Counted from the first letter of the stretch, positions 40,861 to 50,998 are shown. The stretch: 64,000 nt of DNA from an uncultured delta proteobacterium (GCA_963803435.1 CAWDML010000001.1:1024001-1088000), one strand, 5' to 3'. Numbers and translations: made by a program. The notes: a model not told the origin generated them from the letters alone.

Positions 40861-42018
40861 ATGCGTCTTCGCGGCTTGCTCCTGGTCCTCGCGCTCGGTG
40901 GATGCGGCGGCGTCGAGACACCTACCGACGACTCGGACCCCGAGCTCCGCGCGCTCCTCGGGATCCCGGACCAGCTGCAGCTCCCCGCGATCCCGGAGTT
41001 CAACATGCCGACGGCCGAGAAGATCCGCCTCGGCCGGTTCCTCTTCTACGAGAAGCAGCTCTCCTACAACCAGATGGCCTCATGCAGCACTTGCCACATC
41101 CAGGAGCTCGCCTTTAGCGACGGCAAGGTCACCCCGGAGGGATCGATGGGCGATCGGCTGGTACGCAACAGCCCCGGGCTCAGCAACGTCGCCTATTACT
41201 CCACGCTGACCTGGAGCAACGACGGCTTCGAGAACCTCGAGGACCAGCTGCGCGTTCCGATCACGGGCGACAGCCCGATCGAGCTCGGCGTCACCGACGG
41301 CGTTCGCACCGAGGTGCTCGCGCGCTTCGACGCCGATCCCGACTACGCGCAGATGTTCGCCGACGCGTTCCCGGATAGCGAGAGCGGCGTGACCCTCAAC
41401 AAGGTCATCTTCGCGCTCGCCAGCTTCGTGCGGACCATCGTCACTGCGAACAGCCCTTACGACCGCTATGTCGCCGGCGACAAGACAGCGCTGACGGAGT
41501 CGCAGATCCGCGGCCTGCGCCTGTTCAACGGCGAGCGCTTCGAATGCTTTCACTGCCACAACGGCGTCAACTTCAGCGTCTCCTACCGCGACCGCAACAC
41601 GGACACTGGCTCCGAGCGGTTCCCGTTTTTCAACACGGGCCTCTACAACGTGGACGGCGAGGGCAGCTACCCTGATCGGGATCAGGGGCTCTTCGAGCTC
41701 ACGCTCGATCCGGCGGACCGCGGCCGGTTCCGCCCGCAGGGGCTCCGCAACGTCGCCCTGACCGCGCCGTACATGCACGACGGAAGCATCGCGACCCTCC
41801 GCGAGGTGGTGGCGGACCACTACGCTCGGGGCGGGCGGCTGATCGAGTCGGGGCCGGACGCTGGGGACGGTCGGCTCAGCCCGCTCAAGTCCGGTCTGGT
41901 CCGCCCGTTCCCCGTGACGGATCAAGATGTGGACGACATGGTCTCGTTCCTCGAGTCGCTGACCGACGAGGACCTACTCACCAACCCAGAGTTCTCCGAT
42001 CCGTTCGCTTCGCCGTGA
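40861..42018 (+). CDS. mbnH: MbnH-family di-heme enzyme (MauG/CCP superfamily), lipoprotein
   Basis: LGG-C, LGRFLFYEKQLS, CSTCH, RNSPGLSNVAY…LTW, CFHCH, FFNTGLYN, LRNVALTAPYMHDGS, HYARGGR. MbnP gene nearby. Confidence 0.85.
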   Translation: MRLRGLLLVLALGGCGGVETPTDDSDPELRALLGIPDQLQLPAIPEFNMPTAEKIRLGRFLFYEKQLSYNQMASCSTCHIQELAFSDGKVTPEGSMGDRLVRNSPGLSNVAYYSTLTWSNDGFENLEDQLRVPITGDSPIELGVTDGVRTEVLARFDADPDYAQMFADAFPDSESGVTLNKVIFALASFVRTIVTANSPYDRYVAGDKTALTESQIRGLRLFNGERFECFHCHNGVNFSVSYRDRNTDTGSERFPFFNTGLYNVDGEGSYPDRDQGLFELTLDPADRGRFRPQGLRNVALTAPYMHDGSIATLREVVADHYARGGRLIESGPDAGDGRLSPLKSGLVRPFPVTDQDVDDMVSFLESLTDEDLLTNPEFSDPFASP

Positions 42019-42038
42019 CGCGAACCCGGCTCGCTCAC

Positions 42039-42518
42039 TCACTCCATCGTCACGGTGAGGGATGCGGTCGCTTCGATCTCCGGCCTCAGGAACTCGTGCA
42101 CGTCGTTGTTGAGGCGGACGATCACCGTGTGCTCGCCAGGCATTTCATCTTCGGGGATGCGCGCGCGGGCCGGGCTCTTGGAGGCGCCGTGCTCGCAGTA
42201 ATCGGGGCAGTCGATGAACATCGGGTTCGTCTCGGTGCTGTCGAGGTAGACGTGGAAATGGCCGCCTTCGGGATAGGCACCCTCCTCGCCGGGGCCGACG
42301 TCGTGGGCCGCCCGCAGCGCGAGCCCCTCCTCAATCGTCGGCTCCCGCAGCTCGAAGTTTTCGACCGTCACCGAGACGGTCACGTCGGTCCCCGCCGGCG
42401 CCGACGCGGGCGTGACGGTGAACGACGTGATCACCGGAGGATCGCTGTTCCCGCACGCGGCCGCACCGGTGAGGACCACAACCGCGAGGATCGCTCGCAC
42501 TCCGTAGGCGCGCCGCAT
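42039..42518 (-). CDS. His-containing Ig-fold lipoprotein, possible metal binder
   Basis: AAA-C lipobox, GHFHVYLD, CPDYCEH, GEHTVIVRLNNDVH. Directly downstream of mbnP. Confidence 0.6.
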   Translation of the reverse strand: MRRAYGVRAILAVVVLTGAAACGNSDPPVITSFTVTPASAPAGTDVTVSVTVENFELREPTIEEGLALRAAHDVGPGEEGAYPEGGHFHVYLDSTETNPMFIDCPDYCEHGASKSPARARIPEDEMPGEHTVIVRLNNDVHEFLRPEIEATASLTVTME

Positions 42519-42522
42519 CCTG

Positions 42523-43465
42523 CTACTCGGCGGCGAACACGCGGTTCGTGCTGGGGGTCGCGCTGCCGGAGGTCATGTCGAGGCCGAGGTTCGAGAAGAC
42601 GGTCGGGCAGTCCTCCTCCATCGGCGTGGAGTGACAGGAAGCGCCTGGTCCCATGCCGATGACGTCGTGGGGCGGGTCCGGAATCCCTGATCGGCGCCAC
42701 CAGGTCGAGTCCCTGGAGCAGCGCGCCAAGATCGACCGTGACCCGGTTGGTGGCCGGGTCGAAGTCGTCGAGCGAGACCGAGGGCGTGTAGACGAGGCCG
42801 CACGCGTCGCGATCGGTGAGCGCCTTCGCGCCGTCTCCGCCGCAATCGCGGCTTCCGATGTGCAGATAGCCTTCGCCCGACTCCGCCTGCTCGTTCGTGA
42901 CCGTGAAGTTGAAGACGAAGTGGCGATAGCCGGAGGCCCAGGACCAGTACATCTCGCCGAGCGGAGAAGGCGCGTCCTCCGCCGTCTTCGTCGAGATGAC
43001 GTCCTTCATCAGGCTCTGGGGCAGTCCGACGTCGAAGGCCACACGGCGAACAGTGCCGTCGACCGTACCTTTGATCGACTCGTTCGTGCGGGCCGTCCCC
43101 TCGGCATTGGCGATCGCGGAGGCCCCGCAGGTGCCGGCGTCGCCGGTCAGATCGATCAGCGTGACCGTGCCGGCGTCGCCCACGTACTGGAACTCGTTGG
43201 TGTCGAGCGTGGTGGTGAGCTGGTTACCCGCCGAGTCGTACAGCTTGAGGTTGCTCACGTAGAAGCGGAGATCGGCGATCCCGACCGAGTTGTCGGCGTT
43301 CGTCCCCAGCCCGGTGAGCGCGCTGGTGCAGCCTACCTCGCTGCCTTCAAAGACGGGCGCGAACGAGAGCGCGAACGTCGTCGGCTCGGTGCTCATCTCT
43401 TCCCCGCCGCAGCCGACGATGCCGGCGCCCAGCATCAGAAACACGAGTCGTCGTGGGTTCGTCAT
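42523..43465 (-). CDS. mbnP: MbnP-family copper-binding lipoprotein, +1 frameshift at about 42682
   Basis: IVG-C, DLRFYVSN, FDVGLP, PSPL.EMYWSWASGY (WxW), HIGSRDC. C-terminal SCHS.P…DC…F.NLGL is recovered on GAATC(42681-42685)->GATC. Confidence 0.85.
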
Positions 43466-43999
43466 GATGACCTGCACCCTCACCTCGATGCGCCGCCGCT
43501 TTCAAGGGTTGTGGGTGCGTCATATCGTCGCGCGACACTGCGTCATCGATCGCGCCCGCGCGATCGATGGCTACGCCCCGCGACCAACGCCCCACGCCTG
43601 CGTCCATCGTTCATGGTCGGCGATCGTCGGGTAGCCATGTTCCTGCGGATTGTGCCCCACGACGGTTCCATCCCGAGGCCTATATCACCAGGCTCCGTAC
43701 GAAGTCGCGCAGCCTGCCGAGCTCCTTCCCTTCATCTCCTGGCGAAGCGCTTCCAGGCGCGTTGGATCTCGAGCTCGTTCGGCGCGCGCTGTTGCGTCTT
43801 GCCGGCGAGATCGCGAGCTGCCATCTTGTTGGCGATCGCGCCGTACGATCAACGTGCAGAAGCTCTTTCCGGAGCTCGCCCGGATGGCCCTGGCGAAGTA
43901 CGATCTCGGTCAGGGATGAGGATGTCGCTCGACGGTGATCCGAGGGGCTGTAACCGCAGTGTAACGATCGGGAGCCGCCGACCGAACTACGCTTCGCGC

Positions 44000-46039
44000 G
44001 TGCGTTTGGGGAAGTACGCGACCATCGGTCTCGGCATCGTCCTGCTGGCGGCGCCACCGGCGAGCCTCGAGGCCCAGACGATCTGTATCGACCCCGGCCA
44101 CGGAGGCACGGACCCAGGGGCGATCGGCTGCGGTCTTCGCGAGACCGACATCAACCTCGACACGAGCCTTCGGTTGCGCGACCTCCTCGTCTCCGCCGGC
44201 TTCACGGTGCTCATGACCCGCGACACCGATGTCTTCGTCAGTCTCACCGGAAGGGCGAACTACGCCAACGCCCACGGCGCCGATCGGTTCGTGGCGATCC
44301 ACTCCAACTCGGCCGCCAACACGGCCGCCACCGGGATCGAGACCTATTGCGCGCCGGGCGCCGGGAGTCTCACGTTGGATCTCCGCGACAAGATCCAAGC
44401 GGAGATGATCGCGACCTGGCCGCTCGCGAATCGCGGCGGGAAGACGGCCAACTTCACGGTCCTGACCAACACCTCGATGCCTGCCACGCTTACGGAGCTC
44501 GCGTTCGTCGTGAACTGCGGCCTCGACGCGGTCTACCTGGGGAGCCCCGCCGAGCGGCAGCGGGCGGCCGAGGCCCACCTTCGAGCGATCCAACAGCACT
44601 TCGGCATCCAGCCGCCGGCCACGGGAGAGCTTCTCGGCGTCGTGTTCGAGGATCAGGGATCCGGGACGAACGACACCTCCGTCCGGCTTTCCGGCGCCAC
44701 CGTCACCATCGTCGAGACGGGAGATCAGATGGCCTCGAGCGCAGCGAGCGGTTCCTGGTCCTTCCAGCTGCTGGGCGGTTCCTACACCGTCACGGCCGAG
44801 CTCGCCGGCTACCAGTCGGCCCAGCGAAGCTGCGCGGTCCAGGCCGGCGCCAGCCAATGGTGCTCCATCGGACTCTTCCCGGCGGCACCTCCTCCGGACG
44901 CTGGCGTCGTAGACTCGGGTGGACAGGCGCCGGACGCGAGCGCCGAGGACGCGCGCGTCGAGGATGCAGGGATGGATCCTCAGGCGGACGCCAGCGCCAC
45001 CAAGGACGCGGGCATCGAGGCTCCTGACGACGCTGGCGGGCTCGACGGCAGCGAGCCGTCGGCCGACGCCGCGTCCGAGATGCCTCCGCTCGACCCGACC
45101 CAAGAGGGCGGGTGCGGTTGCGCCGCGGTGCCTTCGCACCGGGCGGCTCCCACCGGCCTTCTGCTCCTCCTCGCGGGCTTCTTGCTGCCGCTCCGGCGGC
45201 GGCGCCTCTGCCTGGTCCTCGTTCCGCTGATCCTCGCGGGTCTCGCAACGGCCGCCTCGGCTCAGACCGATGTTCGGATCGTCGCCCCGTGGCTGGAGAT
45301 CCAAGAGGCGCGGGTGCTCCTCGACGAAGGTCCGACCGACGCACCGGTGATCGCGCCGTCGGGGAAGCTCGTGGCCGTCAGCGGTCCCCATCTCACGCCG
45401 CTGTATCTCGTCTCGATCGACAGCGGCGCGGTGAAGGTGATCTCGCTCGGGCGAGGGGCTGGATACCTGCCGGCCTGGACTCCGGACTCCACGGGCATCG
45501 GCCTTCGAAACCCGAAGGACCCCTTCGCCGATCAACCGCTGAAGCTCGTCGATCTCGAGGGCGTCTTCCAGGGTCCGTATCCCACGAACGGCGAGCTCAC
45601 GCCGCTGCAGAAGAACGACGAGGTGTGGCTGCGGACGCCGGACGGAGAGAAGCGCATCTCCGGCGACGGCGATCGCTACTATCAGCCGATTCTCTCCCCG
45701 GACGGCCGCTTCCTCGTCTACAGCGGACTGAGGACCGGCCTGCATCTCTACCGAATCGCGGACGGCCTCCAGGTCCGCCTCGGCCAAGGCGACCATCCGT
45801 CCTTCGCGCCGGGCAGCGACCTCCTCCTCTTCGATCGCACTCGGGACGACGGTTTGCACCTCACCGCCGGAGACCTGTTCGTGACCGATCTGACGCGCTC
45901 GGATCTGCGGACGGCGGCTCTGACCCGCACGCCGGATCGGATCGAGCTGTATCCGTCGGTGTCGGCCGACGGCAGGACGCTGAGCTTCACCGCCGACGGA
46001 GGCCTGTACGTCGCGCAGCTGGTCCGCCGGCGCGAATAA
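44000..46039 (+). CDS. Amidase_3 + carboxypeptidase-regulatory-like domain + internal MYXO-CTERM + second signal peptide + TolB-like beta-propeller
   Basis: Signal peptide, IDPGHGG, E, AIHSNS, TELAF; acidic DAG linker; GGCGC…LLLLLAGFLLPLRRRR; LCLVLVPLILAGLATAASA|Q; PD40-type repeats (PAWTPDS, PILSPDGR, PSFAPGS, PSVSADGR). Confidence 0.85.
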   Translation: MRLGKYATIGLGIVLLAAPPASLEAQTICIDPGHGGTDPGAIGCGLRETDINLDTSLRLRDLLVSAGFTVLMTRDTDVFVSLTGRANYANAHGADRFVAIHSNSAANTAATGIETYCAPGAGSLTLDLRDKIQAEMIATWPLANRGGKTANFTVLTNTSMPATLTELAFVVNCGLDAVYLGSPAERQRAAEAHLRAIQQHFGIQPPATGELLGVVFEDQGSGTNDTSVRLSGATVTIVETGDQMASSAASGSWSFQLLGGSYTVTAELAGYQSAQRSCAVQAGASQWCSIGLFPAAPPPDAGVVDSGGQAPDASAEDARVEDAGMDPQADASATKDAGIEAPDDAGGLDGSEPSADAASEMPPLDPTQEGGCGCAAVPSHRAAPTGLLLLLAGFLLPLRRRRLCLVLVPLILAGLATAASAQTDVRIVAPWLEIQEARVLLDEGPTDAPVIAPSGKLVAVSGPHLTPLYLVSIDSGAVKVISLGRGAGYLPAWTPDSTGIGLRNPKDPFADQPLKLVDLEGVFQGPYPTNGELTPLQKNDEVWLRTPDGEKRISGDGDRYYQPILSPDGRFLVYSGLRTGLHLYRIADGLQVRLGQGDHPSFAPGSDLLLFDRTRDDGLHLTAGDLFVTDLTRSDLRTAALTRTPDRIELYPSVSADGRTLSFTADGGLYVAQLVRRRE

Positions 46040-46151
46040 CCCAATTCGACACATCTTCGTGCCGACCAGCCTCGGCCCAAGGATCGGGCAGACGGCGGGT
46101 CGCCCGCTTTCGGGTTGGATCTGCGCGAGCAGGCGTCTAGGACGGATCGTC

Positions 46152-47438
46152 ATGCGTTGCTGGGGCACGGTCGCGGCGCTCGCGGGTTCGATCCTGTCCG
46201 CCGCGGCGTGCACGCCGCATCGTCTCCGACCGACCGGTCGCGACGCCGGGCTGGCCGATGTCCTCGAGGTCGATGCCGGCGCGCCCGATGCGGGCGGTGA
46301 CGGGGGCGTGAGCGTCGACGCGTCGGTTCGCGAGACCTACGCCCGCCTCCCGTTTCAGGCTGCAGATCCGGGGATCCTGGTGGAGGTGAGCTTCGCAGGA
46401 GCGCCGCCGGTCTTGATGCGATACGACACCGGCTCGCCGACCACCTACCTCGACGTCGAGTTCGCCCACGGAGTCGGCATCGCGGACAGCGGGATGGTCG
46501 AAGCGAAGATCGGCGACACCACGTTCCCGAGCCGGAACGTCATGCTCCTCGATTGGTTCGAGGCCGACTTCGTCTACACCGGTCTCTCCGGTCCGATCGA
46601 AGGCTTGATCGGCAACGACTTCTTCCACGAGTTCGCCGTTGGCGTCGAGCATCGGGGCCAGCTCCTGTGGCTCACCGAGAGCCCCGCGGAGACGGACCTC
46701 CTCGATCATCCGAGCGACACCGGTCCCCCGATCATCGTGCCCTTCACCGAACCCTCCGGCTATCTGTTGCTCGGATGCAGGTTCGGGGCAGGGTCGGCCG
46801 GCGAGTGCCTCTTCGACTTCGGCGCTGTCTTCGGTCTCACCTTCGAGCGCATCTGGAGCACGGTCCCTCACCCGGATCCGCACCAAGTCCCGGTGTTCAC
46901 CATCGACAACCAGGGTCACGACCTCCGCGGCTACTTTCAGCGGGGCGACCTCGAGGCCGGCGATCTTCGGGTCTCTGGGCGCGCGATCGAGGTGCTCTCC
47001 GAGTTCCCGCTCCTCGATCAGGTGGGAGCCGCCATCGGCCACGAACTGAGCGGGCTGGTCGGGCTCGACTCGACGCTCGGCTCGTTCACCGTCGTCGACT
47101 ACGTGAACCGACGCCTGCTCTTCTTCCCCTACGACGAGCCACCGGAGCGGCCGAACCCTTTCGAAGGCTTCGGCTTCGTCCTCGGTTCCACCTCCGACGG
47201 CGGCCTCCTCGTTCGGGCCGTGGTCCCCTTCAGCGACGCCGAGACGAAGGGCGTCCTCGAGGGGGACGTGATCCGAGCGATCGATGGCGCTCCGCTCGGC
47301 ACGGTCCCGCTCACCTTCACCGGCGCTTCGATCCTCGAGGGCTCGAGCGGCGACGTGAAGACCTTTCGACTGCAGCGGGGCGGCGTCGATGTTGAAGTGG
47401 AGGTGATGGCGGAGGACCTCCTGCCGCCACTGCCGTAG
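46152..47438 (+). CDS. Lipoprotein with tandem retropepsin-like aspartyl protease domains and C-terminal PDZ
   Basis: AAA-C, YDTGS, GLIGNDFF, second site FDFGA, GLVG, GFGF…GDVIRAIDG. Confidence 0.8.
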   Translation: MRCWGTVAALAGSILSAAACTPHRLRPTGRDAGLADVLEVDAGAPDAGGDGGVSVDASVRETYARLPFQAADPGILVEVSFAGAPPVLMRYDTGSPTTYLDVEFAHGVGIADSGMVEAKIGDTTFPSRNVMLLDWFEADFVYTGLSGPIEGLIGNDFFHEFAVGVEHRGQLLWLTESPAETDLLDHPSDTGPPIIVPFTEPSGYLLLGCRFGAGSAGECLFDFGAVFGLTFERIWSTVPHPDPHQVPVFTIDNQGHDLRGYFQRGDLEAGDLRVSGRAIEVLSEFPLLDQVGAAIGHELSGLVGLDSTLGSFTVVDYVNRRLLFFPYDEPPERPNPFEGFGFVLGSTSDGGLLVRAVVPFSDAETKGVLEGDVIRAIDGAPLGTVPLTFTGASILEGSSGDVKTFRLQRGGVDVEVEVMAEDLLPPLP

Positions 47439-47795
47439 CCCACGTGTCGATCCGAGCTCCCTAAGAGCCGGTCCGAAAACCTCCGGACCGTTCCGCGTTT
47501 CCTGTTTCGCTCGTTCTGCTCATTCGCTAGCAGCCTCGGCCGCCCGTCCGCCGACGGGACCCTCGCGCTGCCGTTCGTGCTCCTGAACGCGGGCATCGCG
47601 GGTGATATCTATGCTTGCTTCACCGCATCGGCGACCTGTGTGGACGCCACCGGCTGCTGGTCGGCCAAGTTCTTCGATCTCTTCGCCTGTCAGTGAGCTT
47701 CGAGATCCTCGACCGCGCATGTCGAAGCATCCACTCCTGTATCGTGTCGGCGTCAGCGGCTCGGGGTGATCGGGACGATCGGGAGAGCGCACTCG

Positions 47796-47811
47796 TGGCA
47801 CGGGATTTGCT
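47796..47811 (+). promoter_or_regulatory. Sigma-54 promoter
   Basis: TGGCACGGGATTTGCT, a full match to TGGCAC-N5-TTGCW, about 50 nt upstream of ATG 47864. Confidence 0.7.
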
Positions 47812-47863
47812 CTTGCGGCAGAGACATGGCTTTGGCGGGCAGAGCCGAGTCGAGGGAGAGCTC

Positions 47864-48451
47864 ATGGACAAGGTCCTGAAGACAGCCGGCCAGGCACCGG
47901 TCAAGGGCGCCGAACGCTCGGCAGATGCTGAGCTCGTCGAGCGGTTTGCGGCGCAGTTCGATCCGAAGGGACTCCTCCCGATCTCTCCCGACGGGCTCCG
48001 TCGATTCGTGCTCGACGCGGCGAAGGCGCTCGTCGATGCACCGCCCCGACTCGAGGTTGGATCGTACGCGGCGCTGACCAACGCACTGAAGGATGGTCCC
48101 TTCGTCCTGATGGGGCATACGGGATTGGTGATCGCGATCGACGACAGCTCCGTCTACCACCCGCACCCCTCGGCTAAGAAGTTCCAGATCCTCTCCCACG
48201 CGAAGCTGGATTGGACCTCGGTGGAGCAGCGGGCCAAACTCTTCGGCGGCACCGAGGAAGTAACGGAACACTTCGACGCTCGAGCCTACGTCGCCGAGAT
48301 CGACACCTCGGGTCCCGAGTGGCGCCTCACGGTGTACGGTCGATCCTACCTGGAGGAGATCACGCCCCTCGTGCACCGAGCGGCAAAGGCGGCCGGGGCC
48401 ACGCTGTCGGTGCAGCTGGGCTCGGAAGAGCTGCGCTGCGCCAATGGGTAG
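47864..48451 (+). CDS. Hypothetical protein
   Basis: RBS agggagag, globular-looking sequence, behind the sigma-54 site. Confidence 0.6.
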   Translation: MDKVLKTAGQAPVKGAERSADAELVERFAAQFDPKGLLPISPDGLRRFVLDAAKALVDAPPRLEVGSYAALTNALKDGPFVLMGHTGLVIAIDDSSVYHPHPSAKKFQILSHAKLDWTSVEQRAKLFGGTEEVTEHFDARAYVAEIDTSGPEWRLTVYGRSYLEEITPLVHRAAKAAGATLSVQLGSEELRCANG

Positions 48452-48467
48452 GCAAAGGAGCCCGACG

Positions 48468-48875
48468 ATGGACGATCCCATCTTGGCACTCTTTCACCGC
48501 TATCCCGATGTCGAGGTGCGACGGTTCCTCCCGATCCTCTTCTTGGCGGCCGGAGAAGCACAGAGCTGGTCCCCCGCCGTGAAGATCTTCATGGAGCGGT
48601 TCGCGCGGTCCCTCGGCGTACAGCCCGACTGGACCGGCGAGCAGTTTCAAGCTGCGGTCGAGGCGTACGTCGAAGAGTCGATCAACCCGCAGCTTCGTTT
48701 GGATCTCGCCGATGCGGTCCGGCAGCTCTCCGCTCGGCCGCTGTCCGATGCGGCGATGCTTCGGTTTCAGAGGTTCGTGGGCAAAGCCACGCCTGCGGAG
48801 GAGCCGGAGAGCAACGCGCCCAAGGTCCCCGCCGGGCCCCTGGCGCAATCCATCTTGCGCAGCATGGGAAGCTAA
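48468..48875 (+). CDS. Hypothetical helical protein
   Basis: RBS aggag, operonic with the previous gene. Confidence 0.6.
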   Translation: MDDPILALFHRYPDVEVRRFLPILFLAAGEAQSWSPAVKIFMERFARSLGVQPDWTGEQFQAAVEAYVEESINPQLRLDLADAVRQLSARPLSDAAMLRFQRFVGKATPAEEPESNAPKVPAGPLAQSILRSMGS

Positions 48876-49300
48876 GATCGACGCCGGCCTTCTGGGAGGA
48901 TCGGCTCAAGTGATCCGCTCGAGCAGCACGAACCCCTGCTCAACCGCAGCGGCAACAGACCCTCGCATGAGGGCGTGATCCCGTACTTCGATTCGTGCCA
49001 TCGCCCTCTGTCGCCGCGCCGGCTTCTCCGACGTCCTCCTCCGTGGGTGACACCGACTTCTCATGCACCACAGCGCTGGATCGCTGGACTGACGACAAGG
49101 TCCGTTTCATCCCGGCTTCGACGCTGTCAAACCGCTGGTTTTCTGCGCAGAGACCGCCGCTGGTTGCAATGGAAGTGCGACAAAGAGTGCATAGATGGAG
49201 AGTGGGTATGCAAACGATACTCGAACTGCAAGGAAGCTTGTTGCGAGCCAAACTTGAAAGCGCGCGCCGGACGCCGGGAACGGCTTACCACGGACCGCGC

Positions 49301-49870
49301 ATGGTGCACCTTGTTGCCCTAGCAGTTGGGATTGTCTCCCTGGTGCGCGGGGCTCGTGCGAGCCCCGCGTGCCCAACGTCGACAGCGGCCATCGGCTTTC
49401 ACAATACTAGGGTCCCAAGCGGCGACCTACCGGTCCAAGTGCTGTTCTCAGGCCAGAAAGCTACGATTCATATCGGAGCCGATGACTGCATCGAGCCATC
49501 GTCAAGGACTCTCGTGGAGGGATGCCGCTGCCCACTGTTGAGCGTTGCATCGATGCTTCGCAAGTTAGACTCGGAGGACTCCGAGACGATTGTCGTGGAG
49601 GGCCACGTCGATTCGGCACCGTCGCGTGATGTCGCGATGAAACGGTCGGCGGTGTTGGCCGAGACCGTTCGGGCGTTCCTCGCCCGGCCTCAAGAGCTTG
49701 GTGGCGGTGGTGTGTCCGAGAAGCGCCTGGCAATTGTTGCCTTTGGTGCTGAAAGGCCGAGGCTCCCTTCTCGGACTTCGGCAAACCGGCGCGTGGAGAT
49801 TTCGGTTCCCAAGAAGTTAGCGACGCACCTTCATGTTGCCCAACCGGACGCGAGCGTCACGTATCACTAA
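49301..49870 (+). CDS. OmpA/MotB C-terminal (peptidoglycan-binding) domain protein
   Basis: Signal-like N-terminus, IVVEGHVDS, RS…AETVRAFL, AFGAERP, ANRRVEI. Visibly lower GC than the flanks. Confidence 0.65.
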   Translation: MVHLVALAVGIVSLVRGARASPACPTSTAAIGFHNTRVPSGDLPVQVLFSGQKATIHIGADDCIEPSSRTLVEGCRCPLLSVASMLRKLDSEDSETIVVEGHVDSAPSRDVAMKRSAVLAETVRAFLARPQELGGGGVSEKRLAIVAFGAERPRLPSRTSANRRVEISVPKKLATHLHVAQPDASVTYH

Positions 49871-50006
49871 CCGGGCTGCCGAATAAGGTGCCAGGGAGCA
49901 CCACGGGCCACCGATGAAGGCGGTAAAAACACCGACCTTTGGCTTTGAAGCGAGACCTCTGGAGTTCCTAGGGGCGCAAATCGCCCCACGGAGTCAAGGA
50001 GACGTT

Positions 50007-50366
50007 CTACAGCCGGCCTCGCCATCGGACCTGCCAGAGCACATGGAGCACGCCAAGTAGCCCACAGAGGGCCGCGAGCACGACGAGGCCGAAGGCGTAG
50101 CAGTTCATCGCCTCTGAGATCCCGTTGGCGAGGTTCCTCGCCTTTTCTGAGGGATCCGCGACGGCGACGGTGTCAAAGGCGCGGATGATAGGTGCTACCG
50201 TCATGACGATGTTCGCAACGGCGGCCGTTGCGACAGCGAACGGGAGCGCGCGGAAGACCATTGGCACGTTCGCTCGGCGGGACAGCCAGCGTGCCCAGAA
50301 AAAGACAGCACCCGGGAAGCCGAGACCGACGAGCAGGACGACAACAACGAGGACGGCTTCGCTCAT
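50007..50366 (-). CDS. Small membrane protein with MotA/TolQ/ExbB (AglR-like) hairpin
   Basis: IRAFDTVAVADPSEKARNLANGISEAMNCYAFG, 3 TMs. Confidence 0.6.
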   Translation of the reverse strand: MSEAVLVVVVLLVGLGFPGAVFFWARWLSRRANVPMVFRALPFAVATAAVANIVMTVAPIIRAFDTVAVADPSEKARNLANGISEAMNCYAFGLVVLAALCGLLGVLHVLWQVRWRGRL

Positions 50367-50998
50367 GATTCAATCGAGATGATGGTGGTTTATCCGGCGG
50401 CTCATCGACCCGTCGTGTATGCCGCAAGCATCGCCAGCGCCAGCACGGCATGCACGACGAACGACACCGGAGCGGCGCGCCGCATCAGTTTCACGCGGCG
50501 CAGCTCCATGGCCTCAGTCGGGTTCGATCGGTATCGACTCGCCGCGGCGGAGATCCTCTCGGACTCAAAAAGCGACCATCGCCACCAGGAACGGGACCAA
50601 GAACGCGAAACGCCTGAACAAGCGGCCTGGCGTCAGGACCTGGGACGTCGCTCCCGGCTTGGGCTCGGCGGAAGGCATCGATACGGCTTCATGCGCTGAT
50701 GAGTGCAATGTCAACGCCGATTCACGGGCGGCCCGCGGATCTGGTGACGGACCCAACGACGGCGGCTATCCTTCGGTGGTGGCGAGAGACACTCGCATAC
50801 GACCTGACCCCGATGCTCTCGACAGCAACGGTAGGGTCCCCTGTAACCCGCGGGATCGCGAAGCCGCGCACCGCGCCCAAGTAGATGGGATCGCAACGTC
50901 AACCCACGCCCAGATAACCTGTAGGAGGTGCCTCAGGCTCATTCGCGCCTCGGACGAACGGGTCCGTCGCAGGGGCGCGTCTGGGTGAAGGGTCGCCG

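Noticed and set aside
42653-43999. N-terminal 449 aa of the 1128-aa ORF
   Set aside because: Antisense to mbnP plus intergenic DNA; the real start is GTG 44000, which has a signal peptide.
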